This document shows positions 40,421 to 51,900 of a DNA stretch of 64,000 nt, in pieces. The notes beneath the pieces are model-generated. The model did no database searches, had not been told where the DNA came from, and saw only the letters and a program-made list of their open reading frames with translations. The DNA is from Mycobacteriales bacterium (GTDB lineage: Bacteria; Actinomycetota; Actinomycetes; Mycobacteriales; SCTD01). Both the position numbers and the translations under genes were made by a program. Numbering within the stretch: position 1 is the stretch's first letter; every line of letters starts with the position of its first letter. The stretch spans positions 4,404-68,403 of the forward strand of contig DATLCV010000088.1 of assembly GCA_035526225.1 (NCBI GenBank), read 5' to 3'.

Positions 40421-40606
40421 GGGGCGGCCCCGGAGGGAGGGGGCGCTGTCTGCACCCGACAAACTGGACGATCGGCCGCCGAACCCCCCCGCATGTAGCA
40501 GTGGGTGCACAGATGAGCAGAAAGGACTAGGCGGGGTCAGAGCCGGACCAGGCAGGTGGGGTCCGAGATGGCCTCTCCCCCGGGTGACAAGGCGCTTTCG
40601 CTCGCG

Positions 40607-42046
<1,440 letters not shown>

Positions 42047-42089
42047 CGTGATCCCATCAGTGGTGCGTGCAGACCCCTCAAGTGTGTCA

Positions 42090-42118
42090 GAGCGGGTCAC
42101 CGGCGTCGGTGCCCGCTC
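42090..42118 (-). promoter_or_regulatory. strong stem-loop in the ahcY 5' leader / divergent intergenic region
   Basis: The minus-strand RNA GAGCGGGCACCG-ACGC-CGGUGACCCGCUC forms 12 bp with one bulged A. A second copy of GAGCG at 42142-42146 could pair alternatively with the 3' arm. Confidence 0.35.
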
Positions 42119-42153
42119 GCGCCGCGAAGCGCCCGCGTGCGACGCTCGAGGGC

Positions 42154-42606
42154 ATGCCCCCCGTCGACCCGGGCCTGGAGCAGGCCGTGGTGACCAGCAC
42201 GCCGTACGCCCGGACGCTGGGCGCACGGGTGCGCGAGCTGGACCGCACCCGGGCGGTGCTGGAGCTCCATGCAGCTGAGGGCCTGCGCAACCACCTGGAC
42301 GGCCCGCACGCCGCCACGCTGTTCGGCCTGGCGGAGACCGCCGCTGCCGCCGTCTGCCTCAGTGCGTTCGAAGACCTGGTGGCGCACGGCTGCGTGCCGC
42401 TCATCAAGGGCGCCGAGATCAGCTACGTGGCCATCGCACGCGGAAGAGTGCTCGCGACCGCCGAGCTCGCCTGCGACGAGGCGGGGGTGCGCTCCTCGGT
42501 GGCGGAGCGCGACCTGGCCGTCTTCCCCGTCGACGTCACCGTCACGGACGAGGCCGGCATCGTCACTACGCGGTGCCGCCTGCAGATGGCGCTCAAGCGG
42601 CTCTAG
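42154..42606 (+). CDS. PaaI-type hotdog-fold thioesterase
   Basis: ATG at 42154. The segment [21 protein letters not shown] matches the PaaI-like pattern (H..G..HGG....LAD...G), though loosely. Size is ~150 aa. Confidence 0.6.
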   Translation: MPPVDPGLEQAVVTSTPYARTLGARVRELDRTRAVLELHAAEGLRNHLDGPHAATLFGLAETAAAAVCLSAFEDLVAHGCVPLIKGAEISYVAIARGRVLATAELACDEAGVRSSVAERDLAVFPVDVTVTDEAGIVTTRCRLQMALKRL

Positions 42607-43523
42607 CCGGTCGGACCCCGGTCGAGGTCGGGCTCGAGGTACAGCTGCCGGGCCAGCGGCTCGACGGCCCGCACGCGCACCTCGGCGGCGTCGATGGCCT
42701 GGGCCACCTCGGGCAGCCCCAGCCCGGGGGCCACGGCGATCTTCGCCGCCACGAGCAGCTCGTCCGGCCCCAGGTGCAGCGTCTTGAGGTGGATGACGCG
42801 GGTGACGGTCGTGCCGTCCACCAGCGCGACGCGGATCGCGTCGACCGAGGCACGGCTGGCGGACTCGCCGATCAGCAACCCCTTCATCTCGATCGCGAGC
42901 ACCACCGCAACCGCACCGAGCAGCAGCCCGATCGACAGCGTGCCGATGCCGTCCCAGACCGGGTCGTCGGTGACCGTGGTGAGCGTCACGCCGAGGAGCG
43001 CGAGCACCAGCCCCACGAGGGCGGCGAGGTCCTCCAGCAGCACGACGGGGAGCTCGGGGCTCTTGGCGTGCCGGATGAACGCGACCCACGACATGCCGCC
43101 CTTGAGCGGCCGGGTCTCGCGGATGGCGGTGCGGAAGGAGAACGTCTCGGCGACGATCGCGAAGACGAGGATCGCCACGGCGACGAAGGCGGAGTCGATG
43201 TGGTGCGGGTGCCGGATCTTCGCGATGCCCTCGTAGATCGCGAACATGGAGCCGACCGTGAACAGCACGACCGACACCACGAAGGCGTAGAAGTAGCGCT
43301 CGCGGCCGTAGCCGAACGGGTGCCGCACGTCGGCCTCGCGCCGGGCGCGGCGCCCTCCCACGAGCAGCAGCACCTGGTTGCCGGAGTCGGCCAGCGAGTG
43401 GATGGCCTCCGCGAGCATCGACGAGGAACGGGTCACCAGGAAGCCCACGAGCTTGGCCCCCGCGATCGCCAGGTTGGCCGCGAGGGCCGCCACGATCGCC
43501 TTGTTGCCACCGGAAGCGCTCAT
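42603..43523 (-). CDS. cation diffusion facilitator (CDF) family metal efflux transporter
   Basis: TM2 metal site AEAIHSLADSGNQ, six TM helices and a C-terminal cytoplasmic domain. The ATG overlaps the upstream stop (ATGA, 43520-43523). Confidence 0.88.
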   Translation of the reverse strand: MSASGGNKAIVAALAANLAIAGAKLVGFLVTRSSSMLAEAIHSLADSGNQVLLLVGGRRARREADVRHPFGYGRERYFYAFVVSVVLFTVGSMFAIYEGIAKIRHPHHIDSAFVAVAILVFAIVAETFSFRTAIRETRPLKGGMSWVAFIRHAKSPELPVVLLEDLAALVGLVLALLGVTLTTVTDDPVWDGIGTLSIGLLLGAVAVVLAIEMKGLLIGESASRASVDAIRVALVDGTTVTRVIHLKTLHLGPDELLVAAKIAVAPGLGLPEVAQAIDAAEVRVRAVEPLARQLYLEPDLDRGPTG

Positions 43524-44650
43524 CTGCGGAGGGCGTCCTTCAGCTCGTCGATGGGTTGCACCGGCGTCGGGTCGATGCCCGCCGCGAGTGCGAGATAGGT
43601 CGTGGCCCAGTCCGCGAGGTGCACGAGAGAGGCGATGCGCTGGAACGGCGAGGAGCCCTCGGCCAGGAGGCTGCTGACGTCAAGGCCACGGCTGCGCGCC
43701 AGGTCCGTGACGACGTCCGCCCGCCGCGCGACCCGGGGGTGCTCCTCCGTGTCACGCAGCAGCACCAGGTGCATCCGGGTGCCGCCGTCGTCGTCCTCGG
43801 TGCGGTCGCGGAAGAGGTCGAGGTCCTGTCCCGCGGAGAACGGGCCGTCGAAGGCGACGACCTGGTTGTGACCGGCCTCGGGAAGTGCACCCCAGACGGC
43901 AGGCGTCTTCGCGTTCTCGTTGAGCTGGCACGCGAACCGGTAGGCCGCAACCGCCGTGAGCGGCGATGCGCCCCACACGACGGGGAGCTGACCGGCAAGG
44001 GCCAGGGCGAGGGTCTTCGCCGGGTTGAGCGAGGCCTCGGCGTCCGGCCGGTGGCGGCCCGCGAGCTGCTCGAGCAGCACGGCCGTGGCCTCCACCTCCT
44101 CGGGGCTGCAGGACAGGAGCCCGAGCGCGTCGGCCGCGATGACGAGCGGGGTGGCGAGCGCGAACACCGACGCGCGCGGCTGACGCCCCTGCGTCACGGG
44201 CACGAAGACGCCCCGGCCGCGCGACGCGAGGTCGTGCAGCGGCGAGCCGGCCGCACCGACGACGAGCAGGCGGCAGCCACGGCGCACAGCCTCCTCCAGC
44301 GCAGCCAGGGTCTCCTCGGTGCTCCCGGAGCAGGACACGGCCACGACGAGGTCGGCCGCTCCGACCCAGACGGGCAGGTGGTGGCCACGCACCCCGACCA
44401 TGGGCACGGGGCACTCGGGGCCGGCGACGGCGGAGAGCACGTCACCGGCGATCGCCGAGCCGCCCATGCCCAGGACGACGACGGAGCGCGGCAGGTCCTC
44501 ACCACCGAGCCGGGCCACGCCGGCCTCCGCGGTGAGCGCCGCCGCCTCGCGCACCTGCGCAGCGCTGGAGGCCACCGCGCGCAGCATGCCCTGCGGGTCG
44601 GCGGTGTCCAGGCCGGCAGCGTCGTCGAGCAGGTCCGCGGTCGTGGTCAC
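43520..44650 (-). CDS. SIS-domain bifunctional glucose-6-phosphate/mannose-6-phosphate isomerase-like protein
   Basis: The SIS pattern is VVVLGMGGSAIAGDV...VVAVSCSGSTEET. The position next to manB matches the conserved actinobacterial arrangement. Confidence 0.8.
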   Translation of the reverse strand: MTTTADLLDDAAGLDTADPQGMLRAVASSAAQVREAAALTAEAGVARLGGEDLPRSVVVLGMGGSAIAGDVLSAVAGPECPVPMVGVRGHHLPVWVGAADLVVAVSCSGSTEETLAALEEAVRRGCRLLVVGAAGSPLHDLASRGRGVFVPVTQGRQPRASVFALATPLVIAADALGLLSCSPEEVEATAVLLEQLAGRHRPDAEASLNPAKTLALALAGQLPVVWGASPLTAVAAYRFACQLNENAKTPAVWGALPEAGHNQVVAFDGPFSAGQDLDLFRDRTEDDDGGTRMHLVLLRDTEEHPRVARRADVVTDLARSRGLDVSSLLAEGSSPFQRIASLVHLADWATTYLALAAGIDPTPVQPIDELKDALRR

Positions 44651-44657
44651 CGAGTGC

Positions 44658-44840
44658 TCACGAAGGCCGGCGCGCCTCGTCGACGAGCAGCACGGGGATG
44701 TCGTCGCGGACAGGGTAGGCGAGGCCGCAGCCGGTGCAGACGAGCTCTGTCGACGCCTCGGCGTCGGGCTGATCCGTGCGCAGCGGCGCCTTGCAGTCAG
44801 GGCAGGCGAGGATCTCGAGCAGCGCGGGGTCCAGCTTCAT
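44658..44840 (-). CDS. Trm112-family small zinc-ribbon protein
   Basis: A 60-aa protein: [20 protein letters not shown]...[24 protein letters not shown]. This is the classic Trm112/UPF0434 pattern. Confidence 0.88.
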   Translation of the reverse strand: MKLDPALLEILACPDCKAPLRTDQPDAEASTELVCTGCGLAYPVRDDIPVLLVDEARRPS

Positions 44841-44850
44841 GCGGGCAACC

Positions 44851-46203
44851 CTAGCGGGAGCGGATCACGGCGAGCACCGCGTCACGGGTCGCCGCCATCG
44901 TGCCCTCGTCGCGCGCCTCGACGTTCAGGCGGAGCAGCGGCTCGGTGTTCGACGGGCGCACGTTGAACCAAGCCCCGTCGCCGAGGTCCACGGTGAGGCC
45001 GTCCATCTCGTCCTGGGGCGACTCGGCGTACCGGGTGGCGAGCTCGTCGAGCTTGCTCGCCGTGTCGTTCACGACCGAGTTGATCTCGCCGGAGACGGCG
45101 TACCGGTCGTACTCCGACAGCAGGGCCGACAGCGGGAGTGGCTGCTCGCCGAGGGCAGCGAGGGTGTGGAGCGCGGCGAGCATGCCGGAGTCGGCGTTCC
45201 AGAAGTCACGGAAGTAGAAGTGACCGGAGTGCTCCCCGCCGAAGACTGCGTCGTGCGCGGCCATCTCGGACTTGATGAAGGAGTGACCCACGCGGGTGCG
45301 CACGGGCGTGCCGCCGTGCTCACGGACGACCTCCGGGACCGACCGTGAGGTGATGAGGCTGTGGATCACCACGGAGCCAGGCACCCGGGCCAGCTCACGC
45401 GCGGCGATGAGCGCCGTCAGGGTCGAGGGGCTGACGATGCCGCCCTTCTCGTCGATGACGAAGCAGCGGTCCGCATCGCCGTCGAAGGCCAGGCCGAGAT
45501 CGGCCCCGGTCTCGACCACCTTCGCCTGCAGGTCGCGCACGTTGTCGGGCTCGATCGGGTTCGCCTCGTGGTTCGGGAAGGAGCCGTCGAGCTCGAAGTA
45601 CATCGGCACGACCTCCAGCGGCAACCCGTCGAGGCAGGCCGGCACCGTGTAGCCGCCCATCCCGTTGCCGGCGTCGACGACCACGTTCAGCGGGCGCATC
45701 CCGTCCAGGCCGGGCACGAGGCCGCGCACGTGCTTCGCGTACGCCGGGAGCAGCGCCTGCTCGGTGACGCTGCCGCTGCCGGTGCTCGGCACGCCCTCGT
45801 CCAGGAAGCGCTCCGCGTCGGCGCGCACCTGCGCGAGGCCGGTGTCCTGCCCGACGGGACGGGCACCGGCCAGGCAGAGCTTGATGCCGTTGTACTTCGC
45901 CGGGTTGTGCGAGGCGGTGAACATCGCCCCGGGCACGCCCATCGAGCCCGCCGCGAAGTAGAGCAGGTCGGTGGAACCGAGCCCGGCGTCGACGACGTCG
46001 ACACCCTGCGCCGTGACGCCCTCGGCAAAGGCCCGGCTGAGCTCCACGCCGGAATCGCGCATGTCCCGGGCCATCACCACGGTGGCAGCGCCGGTGAACC
46101 GGGCGAAGGCGGCGCCGAGCGCGCGGGCGATGCGGGCGTCGAGCTGCTCGGGGACGACGCCACGGACGTCGTAGGCCTTGACGATGGCGGACAGGTCGGT
46201 CAC
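44851..46203 (-). CDS. manB: phosphomannomutase/phosphoglucomutase
   Basis: The active-site phosphoserine loop is [15 protein letters not shown], the Mg loop is FDGDADR, and GGEHSGH is present. Confidence 0.93.
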   Translation of the reverse strand: MTDLSAIVKAYDVRGVVPEQLDARIARALGAAFARFTGAATVVMARDMRDSGVELSRAFAEGVTAQGVDVVDAGLGSTDLLYFAAGSMGVPGAMFTASHNPAKYNGIKLCLAGARPVGQDTGLAQVRADAERFLDEGVPSTGSGSVTEQALLPAYAKHVRGLVPGLDGMRPLNVVVDAGNGMGGYTVPACLDGLPLEVVPMYFELDGSFPNHEANPIEPDNVRDLQAKVVETGADLGLAFDGDADRCFVIDEKGGIVSPSTLTALIAARELARVPGSVVIHSLITSRSVPEVVREHGGTPVRTRVGHSFIKSEMAAHDAVFGGEHSGHFYFRDFWNADSGMLAALHTLAALGEQPLPLSALLSEYDRYAVSGEINSVVNDTASKLDELATRYAESPQDEMDGLTVDLGDGAWFNVRPSNTEPLLRLNVEARDEGTMAATRDAVLAVIRSR

Positions 46204-46253
46204 GTCACGACCCTAACCGCCTGGCGCAGGGCCAACCGCCCCGCCTCGGGAGG

Positions 46254-46466
46254 CTAGGCGGCGCTGGTCTTGCGGGCCTTGCGCAGCACCTCGGAGACCT
46301 CCAGGCCGGTGCCCGACTCGGTCCAGGTCTTGCGCTCGCAGGTGTGGCAGGAGACGAAGTCGACGGCCGAGCCGTCGGTCAGGGTCATGCTGATGCTCAT
46401 GACCCGGCTGCTGGCGCAGTGCACGCAGGTGGCGAGCTCGCGGGCCGGGGTGGTGACGAGGGACAT
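46254..46466 (-). CDS. small double-CxxC zinc-ribbon protein (hypothetical)
   Basis: ATG at 46466 has CAGGAG 9 nt upstream. The 70-aa protein has CVHC...CHTC pairs: MSLVTTPARELATCVHCASSRVMSISMTLTDGSAVDFVSCHTCERKTW. Confidence 0.6.
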   Translation of the reverse strand: MSLVTTPARELATCVHCASSRVMSISMTLTDGSAVDFVSCHTCERKTWTESGTGLEVSEVLRKARKTSAA

Positions 46467-46575
46467 CGGAGGGCGCTCCTGACGGGGTGGGCTGGTGTCA
46501 CTGACCCTTTCGGAGCAACGGTCGTTCGGCTTGAGAAACGGGCGTGTCGTGCCCAGACGGAGACGAAACGGACAG

Positions 46576-46929
46576 TCAGGTGGGTGTGGGGAGGGCGCGC
46601 AGGTGCCCGCGCCGACCACTGGTCTCGGCGTACACCGGGGCGCGCTGCTGCTCCGGGCGGCCCGCCTCGCGCACCGCGTCGGCGAGGGCCTCGAGGTCGT
46701 CGCTGCTGCGCAGCCGCGTCTGAGCCGGGTCGGGGTCGTGGCGCACGACCTCCCACCCGCGTGGCGCCGTCAGGCGCTGGGCGTGCGCGTCGCACAGGTC
46801 GTACGTGTGGGGCTCGGCGTAGGTGGCCAGCGGGCCCACCACGGCGGTTGAGTCGGCGTACACGTAGGTGAGCGTCGCGACAGCCGGCTGCGCACAGGCG
46901 GTGCGGGAGCAGCGTCGGACAGGACTCAC
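46576..46929 (-). CDS. DUF3499 domain-containing protein
   Basis: GTG at 46929. VSPVRRCSRTACAQPAVATLTYVYADSTAVVGPLATYAEPHTYDLCDAHAQRLTAPRGWEVV matches my memory of DUF3499 almost residue for residue. Confidence 0.85.
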   Translation of the reverse strand: MSPVRRCSRTACAQPAVATLTYVYADSTAVVGPLATYAEPHTYDLCDAHAQRLTAPRGWEVVRHDPDPAQTRLRSSDDLEALADAVREAGRPEQQRAPVYAETSGRRGHLRALPTPT

Positions 46930-47000
46930 GTGGCAGGACGCTAGCCGTCCCTGGTGCCTGCGGCCACCATGCGTGCCGTGTCGCGTGCCAGGCTCGCACG

Positions 47001-47444
47001 GTGACCCCACCACGCCGGCGCGAGCGGCGCGGGCGCGGACGGCGCGGCGGGCTGCTGCCCGAGGGCGTGCAGGTCGGCACCCGCGTCGTACGTGTCCCCG
47101 CCTGGCGAACGCGCGCGGAGCAGTTCACCGCGATCGTCCACGACGAGGTCCGCGCGCTCCACCGCCGGTGGGGCGAGCAGCTCGGTGACCTGCGCGTGCT
47201 GGTGGAGGACGTCCCGCCGCCTCTCGACGAGCCGGGGGACGGTGTGCTGGACGACGGCTCGGCCGCCGGCGACGTCGCGCTCGCGCGGGCCGAGCCAGGG
47301 CTCGTCGTGGTCTACCGCCGACCGCTCGAGCTACGGGCCGAGAGCCCCGAGGACCTGGCTGAGCTGGTGCACGAGGTCATCGTCGAGGCGGTCGCCGACC
47401 TGCTGGGGCTGGACCCCGACGAGCTCGACCCGGGTCAGGGGTAG
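47001..47444 (+). CDS. Rv3259-like metallopeptidase-family protein
   Basis: GTG at 47001. The pattern VPAWRTRAEQFTAIVHDEV...LAELVHEVIVEAVADLLGLDPDELDP matches the family found beside DUF3499 and whiB2 in other actinobacteria (from memory). Confidence 0.7.
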   Translation: MTPPRRRERRGRGRRGGLLPEGVQVGTRVVRVPAWRTRAEQFTAIVHDEVRALHRRWGEQLGDLRVLVEDVPPPLDEPGDGVLDDGSAAGDVALARAEPGLVVVYRRPLELRAESPEDLAELVHEVIVEAVADLLGLDPDELDPGQG

Positions 47445-48931
47445 CCGGCCCCGTCGTCCTGCACCGCGACCGGTCGGGCCACCAGCTGCGCCGGGCCCTG
47501 CAGGGTGAGCAGCGTGGCCAGGGGGCCGCGGCCACCGCGCTCGCGCAGGTAGCGGCTCGCGTAGACCGGCCCGGAGTCGGCACCGGGACGCACCTCGAGG
47601 GCCAGCTGTGCGCTCGTGCCCGGCGGGAAGAAGGTGGACAGCCGGACGAGCACCGTGCGGCCCGCCGGGATCTCGACCGTCCGCGGCCGAGGCGGCGAAC
47701 CGGGCACTCCCAGGACGGAGATGGGCGTCACGACCACGGTCGCCGCGTCGGCCGGCGCGCTGAGCAGCAGGGTGCTCTCGGTCGGCCGGTTGATGACGAG
47801 GTCCGTGAGCAGCGCGGATCCGGACAGCGGGCTCGACGAGCCGGCGAACGCCATCTCCCTGATTCCGCCAGGCTGGAACTGCTGCGCCTCGACGAGGTAG
47901 CCGCCGGCGACCACGGGTGGCCCCGAGGACGTCACGGTCACCGTCACCGGCGACCTGGCGGTGACAGCCGAGAGGTCGATCAGGGTGGTCCGGTGGGCGG
48001 CCACGCCGATCTCGGCCATGCCGCTGGGCACGAACTGACCGTCGTTCAGCGTCACCTGGACGCTGACCGTGGTGTCGTCGTCCGTCGGGTTGCCGACCAG
48101 CAGCCCGCGCACGCCCGGGCCCTGCGGCAGCCCCGGCACCACGACCGTCCGGGCCGGCGGCAGGGCCTGCGGGACGTAGTCGAAGCCGAGCGGCTTGCCG
48201 CCGACGTACCGTGCGTCGCTCAGCGCAGCCACCACGCGTCCCTGACGGCTCAGCACGCGCACGGCCAGGAAGTCCTGGTCGGGGGCGAGGACGTCGAGCG
48301 GGATGCGCAGGCGGCTGTGCGGCCGCACGGTCAGGCCCTGACCGGGACGGGGGTCCACCGCGGCCTGCCGCCCGAACGCGGTGACGTCGACGGTCGAGGG
48401 CGTGTCGTCGACGTTGGCCAGCACGAGCATCGAGGTGTCGATGACCCGCGTGCTCGCCCCGATGAACCAGGCGTCGCGCTTGGGCGCCTCGCACCGGAGC
48501 CCGGCGAGCCCGCGGAAGGGGCCGTCGTTGGCGCGCGCGACCTGCTCGACCTCCAGACCCGTGGCCAGGGCCCCGGTGGCAGAGACCACGACGCCGTTCC
48601 TCGGGATCCGCGTCGCCAGGCCCACCGCGACCTGGCCGGGCGCCTCGATCGGCACCGTGGTCGGCGGGCCCGGATCCTGCACGACCGTGCTGACGATCGA
48701 GCCGCCGGTCGCCGTGCGCCCAGCAGGCAGCGGTGCCGACCCGACGCTGACGCGGGTCTGGTAGACGCCGGCGACCTGGCGCACGTCGGGGCAGACCGCC
48801 GTGGCGCCGAGCACCTCGACATCGCGCCCGCCGCCCTGGCTCGGGCCGGGTGTGCCGACGGCGGAGACGGCACCGGTGCCGAGGGCGAGCGCCAGCACGA
48901 CGGCCCCGAGGGCCAGCGGGGGGCGGGTCAC
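47435..48931 (-). CDS. secreted DUF5719-like protein
   Basis: GTG at 48931 overlaps the GT2 stop (GTGA, 48928-48931). Signal peptide (M)TRPPLALGAVVLALALGTGAVSA. The protein is beta-rich and has no TM beyond the signal. The family name is from memory. Confidence 0.65.
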   Translation of the reverse strand: MTRPPLALGAVVLALALGTGAVSAVGTPGPSQGGGRDVEVLGATAVCPDVRQVAGVYQTRVSVGSAPLPAGRTATGGSIVSTVVQDPGPPTTVPIEAPGQVAVGLATRIPRNGVVVSATGALATGLEVEQVARANDGPFRGLAGLRCEAPKRDAWFIGASTRVIDTSMLVLANVDDTPSTVDVTAFGRQAAVDPRPGQGLTVRPHSRLRIPLDVLAPDQDFLAVRVLSRQGRVVAALSDARYVGGKPLGFDYVPQALPPARTVVVPGLPQGPGVRGLLVGNPTDDDTTVSVQVTLNDGQFVPSGMAEIGVAAHRTTLIDLSAVTARSPVTVTVTSSGPPVVAGGYLVEAQQFQPGGIREMAFAGSSSPLSGSALLTDLVINRPTESTLLLSAPADAATVVVTPISVLGVPGSPPRPRTVEIPAGRTVLVRLSTFFPPGTSAQLALEVRPGADSGPVYASRYLRERGGRGPLATLLTLQGPAQLVARPVAVQDDGAGYP

Positions 48932-51900
48932 AGCGCGGCCCTCGTCCGGCGGGCGTCACTCACGTCGTCCTCCACATCCACGTCGTCCTCCAGGCCGGTA
49001 CGGCGGCGCCCGGCCGGCACGGCCAGCAGGAGCACCGCGAGGGTGGCCACGAGCTGTGTCACCAGGGCCGCCTGCCTGCCCGACTGCGCGTGGGTGAGCT
49101 CGAGCCGGCCGCCACCTGCGGGGGCCTCGAAGGCCTGGGCCCAGCCCCACGCCGTACGGCGCGGCAGCTCACGCCCGTCCACGCTGGCCCGCCAGCCGCC
49201 CTCACGCGCGTCGGCAAGCACCAGCAGCCGGCCGGGTTCCCCCGATGGCAGCGTGACGGACGCACCCTCACGACCGGCCACCAGCGGAGTCGGCGGCGCC
49301 AGGCGCAGGGCGTCCAGGCCGGGCGCGCGGTCACCCGCCAGCGCCCGCTCGGCGAGCGACGGCGGGAGCAGCGAGAGCCGGTTGCTGGGCGCGACCACCC
49401 GCCAGAGGTCCACGGAGCCCGCGGTACGGCGGACCAGACCGGGCTGGGCATCGAGCGCGGCGGTGACGGTGTCCGCGCCGGGCCCCGAGCGGAGCACGAC
49501 GTACCGGATGGCGCGCGTCGCCAGCGCCTCGGCGGCATCCGAGCCGCGGGGCGAGGCGAGGTCGGCGACGACGCGGTCGAGCGCCTGCCGCTGGTCAGCG
49601 AGCGGGCGCAGGCCCGCCAGCTCGGTGGTGAGCGCCCCGCCGCGCAGCACGGCGTAGCCAAGCCGGCCATCACCGCGAGGGACGAGGGCCAGGGCCCGCA
49701 GCCCGGGGGTCGACTCCACCTCCGCGCGGGCGAACGCCGGCAGCACGTCGGTGCCGCCGCGCCTCAGCGGATCATCGGCGCCGCGCACGACCCAGGCCGC
49801 CGCGGCCACCACCGGCGTCGCCGCGGCAAGCGCGGCCGTCACGACTGCGGCGACCTGCCGCCACCCGAAGCTGTGCCCGGCCAGCTGCCGGCGGGCGCCG
49901 TGGCCGGCGACGATGGCTGCCACGAGCAGGAACAGGCCGGTGACCTGCAGCGGGACCCCCGGCCAGGACACGCGGCCCAGGACCTGGGTCCTGGCCAGGA
50001 CGGCCGCGAGCACCAGGCCGAGCAGGCCGACCCCCCACGCCGCCAGTGCCAGCCGCTGGAACGAGGCGCGCATCAGTCCTGCGAGCGCGGCGAGCAGCAC
50101 ACCTGCGGTGATCAGCGCCACGGGCACGCCTGGGCCGCCCGGGCCCAGCAGGACCAGGTGCCACGCCGGCAGCGACTGGTCCGCCGGCTGCTGGCCGGCG
50201 ACGAGCAGGGACGGCTCTCCGAGGGCGGCGAAGGACCACGGGAAGAGGACGGCGGCCGGCACCAGCGCGACCACGACAGCCGCCACGGCCCGGGTCGTGC
50301 GGCCACGGCGCAGCAGCACGCCGGCGCCGACGAGCAGCACGACCGCCGCGAGCGGCCACAGCAGCGGTGCGAACGCGGACGTCACTGCGAGGGCGAGCCC
50401 CAGGCCCCAGACGCGCCACCAGCCCCGCTCACCCGGGTCGAGCAGCAGCACGTGCGCCCCGGCGAGAGCAAGCAGCGGCAGGCCGATCTGCACGGCCGCC
50501 GCGTCCAGGCGACCCGCCGCCACAGCGCCGGTGGCCACCGGGAGCAGGGCCCACGTCGCCGCGACCCACAGCCGCAGGTAGAGATGGCGCACCACACGGG
50601 ACGCTGCGAGGTACGCCGTGAGTCCCGCGAGGGGGACGCTGGCGAGCAGCAGCGTGTCGACCGCGAGCCACGGCTTGCCCAGCAGCACGGACGACAGCAG
50701 TGCCAGCGCCGCGGTCGCCGGCGGAGCGGCCGCCCGGGTGCCCACCGAGACGTCGTGCCAGGAGGCGGCGTACGACGCCCACAGGTCCGCCGCTCCCGGC
50801 GGCGGCGGCAGCAGCGCGCCGCCGTGCAGCGACCCCCCGTGGATCGCCAGCACCGACCGCTCGGCGACGAGCGCGACCGCGACGAGGCCGAGGAAGAGCA
50901 GCACACCAGGCCTCAGCAGCAGCGTCCGAAGCAGCCCTGGGCCGGCCTGGGAGTAGGCGTCGTACGCGTCGCTCCCGTCGGGGCTGGGCTCGCTCAGGGG
51001 ACCGCCGAAGGGGGAAGCGGCCGGGGTGCCGCCCGAGACCCAGTCGCCCACCGCGCCGAGCCGGGCACGGATCCGCACGGCGCGCGAGGCGAAGAGGGGC
51101 CGCAGCGCCCGCTGCGACACCGCCCTCGTGCTCGCCCGGCGCTGCCGCGCGCGGTGCAGCCGCACGGGGTGGCCGAGGACGGCCACGAGCGCGCGCCACT
51201 CGTCCGCCGCCCCGGCGGGCTGGCGGGTCACGAGAAGCACCAGCGAGCGCAGGACGGTGGCCACCAGCAGCCGTGGGAGGAGTCCTGCCAGGCGCAGCCC
51301 ACCGGCGTGCGCGAGGAGCACGTACAGCGCGTGCCGCCGATCCGTGCTGCTCGCCCGGCCGGGAGCTGCGTCGGTCGTCCGGTGGCCGGTGGTGGCCGCC
51401 CGGACGTGGCGCACCCGTGCCCCGGGCACCACGACCACGCGGTGGCCGGCCGCGTTCACCTTCCAGCCCAGGTCGAGGTCGTCGCGGAACACGGTCAGTG
51501 CGGGGTCGAGGCCGCCGACCAGGTCCCATACCTCGCGGCGCACCAGGGCGGCGGCGGTTCCCACCGCCAGGACGTCACGGATCGCATCGTGCTGGCCCTG
51601 GTCGTGCTCGCCGTGCTCGAGGCCGGTCTCCCGGTGCCCGGCGGCGTCGGTGGTGAAGCCGATCTCGACGAGGTAGCGGTCGTCGTGCCAGTCGCGGACC
51701 TTCGGGCCGAGCACGGCGGCGGAAGGGCTTTCCGAGGCGTGCTCCAGCAGCTTCTCCAGCGTGGTGGGCTCGACGGCGACGTCGTCGTGCAGCAGCCACA
51801 CCCACGCGGGCACGGGCTCCTCCGCGCCCAGCGAAGCCAGCGCCGCGGCGACGGCCGCGCCGTAGCCCGTTGTGCGGGGAAGCTCCAGCACCGTTCCATA

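Noticed and set aside
19027-40606. Possibility that the 21.6 kb between mtrA and ahcY is a horizontally acquired island (in M. tuberculosis only tmk lies between these genes, as I recall)
   Set aside because: Base composition and start/stop-overlap style look the same as the flanks. There is no integrase, tRNA, direct repeat or transposase. As I recall, at least the MoxR module is conserved in other actinobacteria.
42047-42226. Long N-terminal extensions of track ORFs (e.g. ahcY to 42226, lpqB to 16804, comF to 15236, hpf to 14217, mtrA to 19055, lipase to 27697, ligase to 29568, glycosylase ORF to 63300)
   Set aside because: The extensions are Arg/Gly/Pro-rich, overlap neighbouring genes and lack similarity to the known family N-termini. 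Internal starts have Shine-Dalgarno sequences or 4-nt coupling overlaps.
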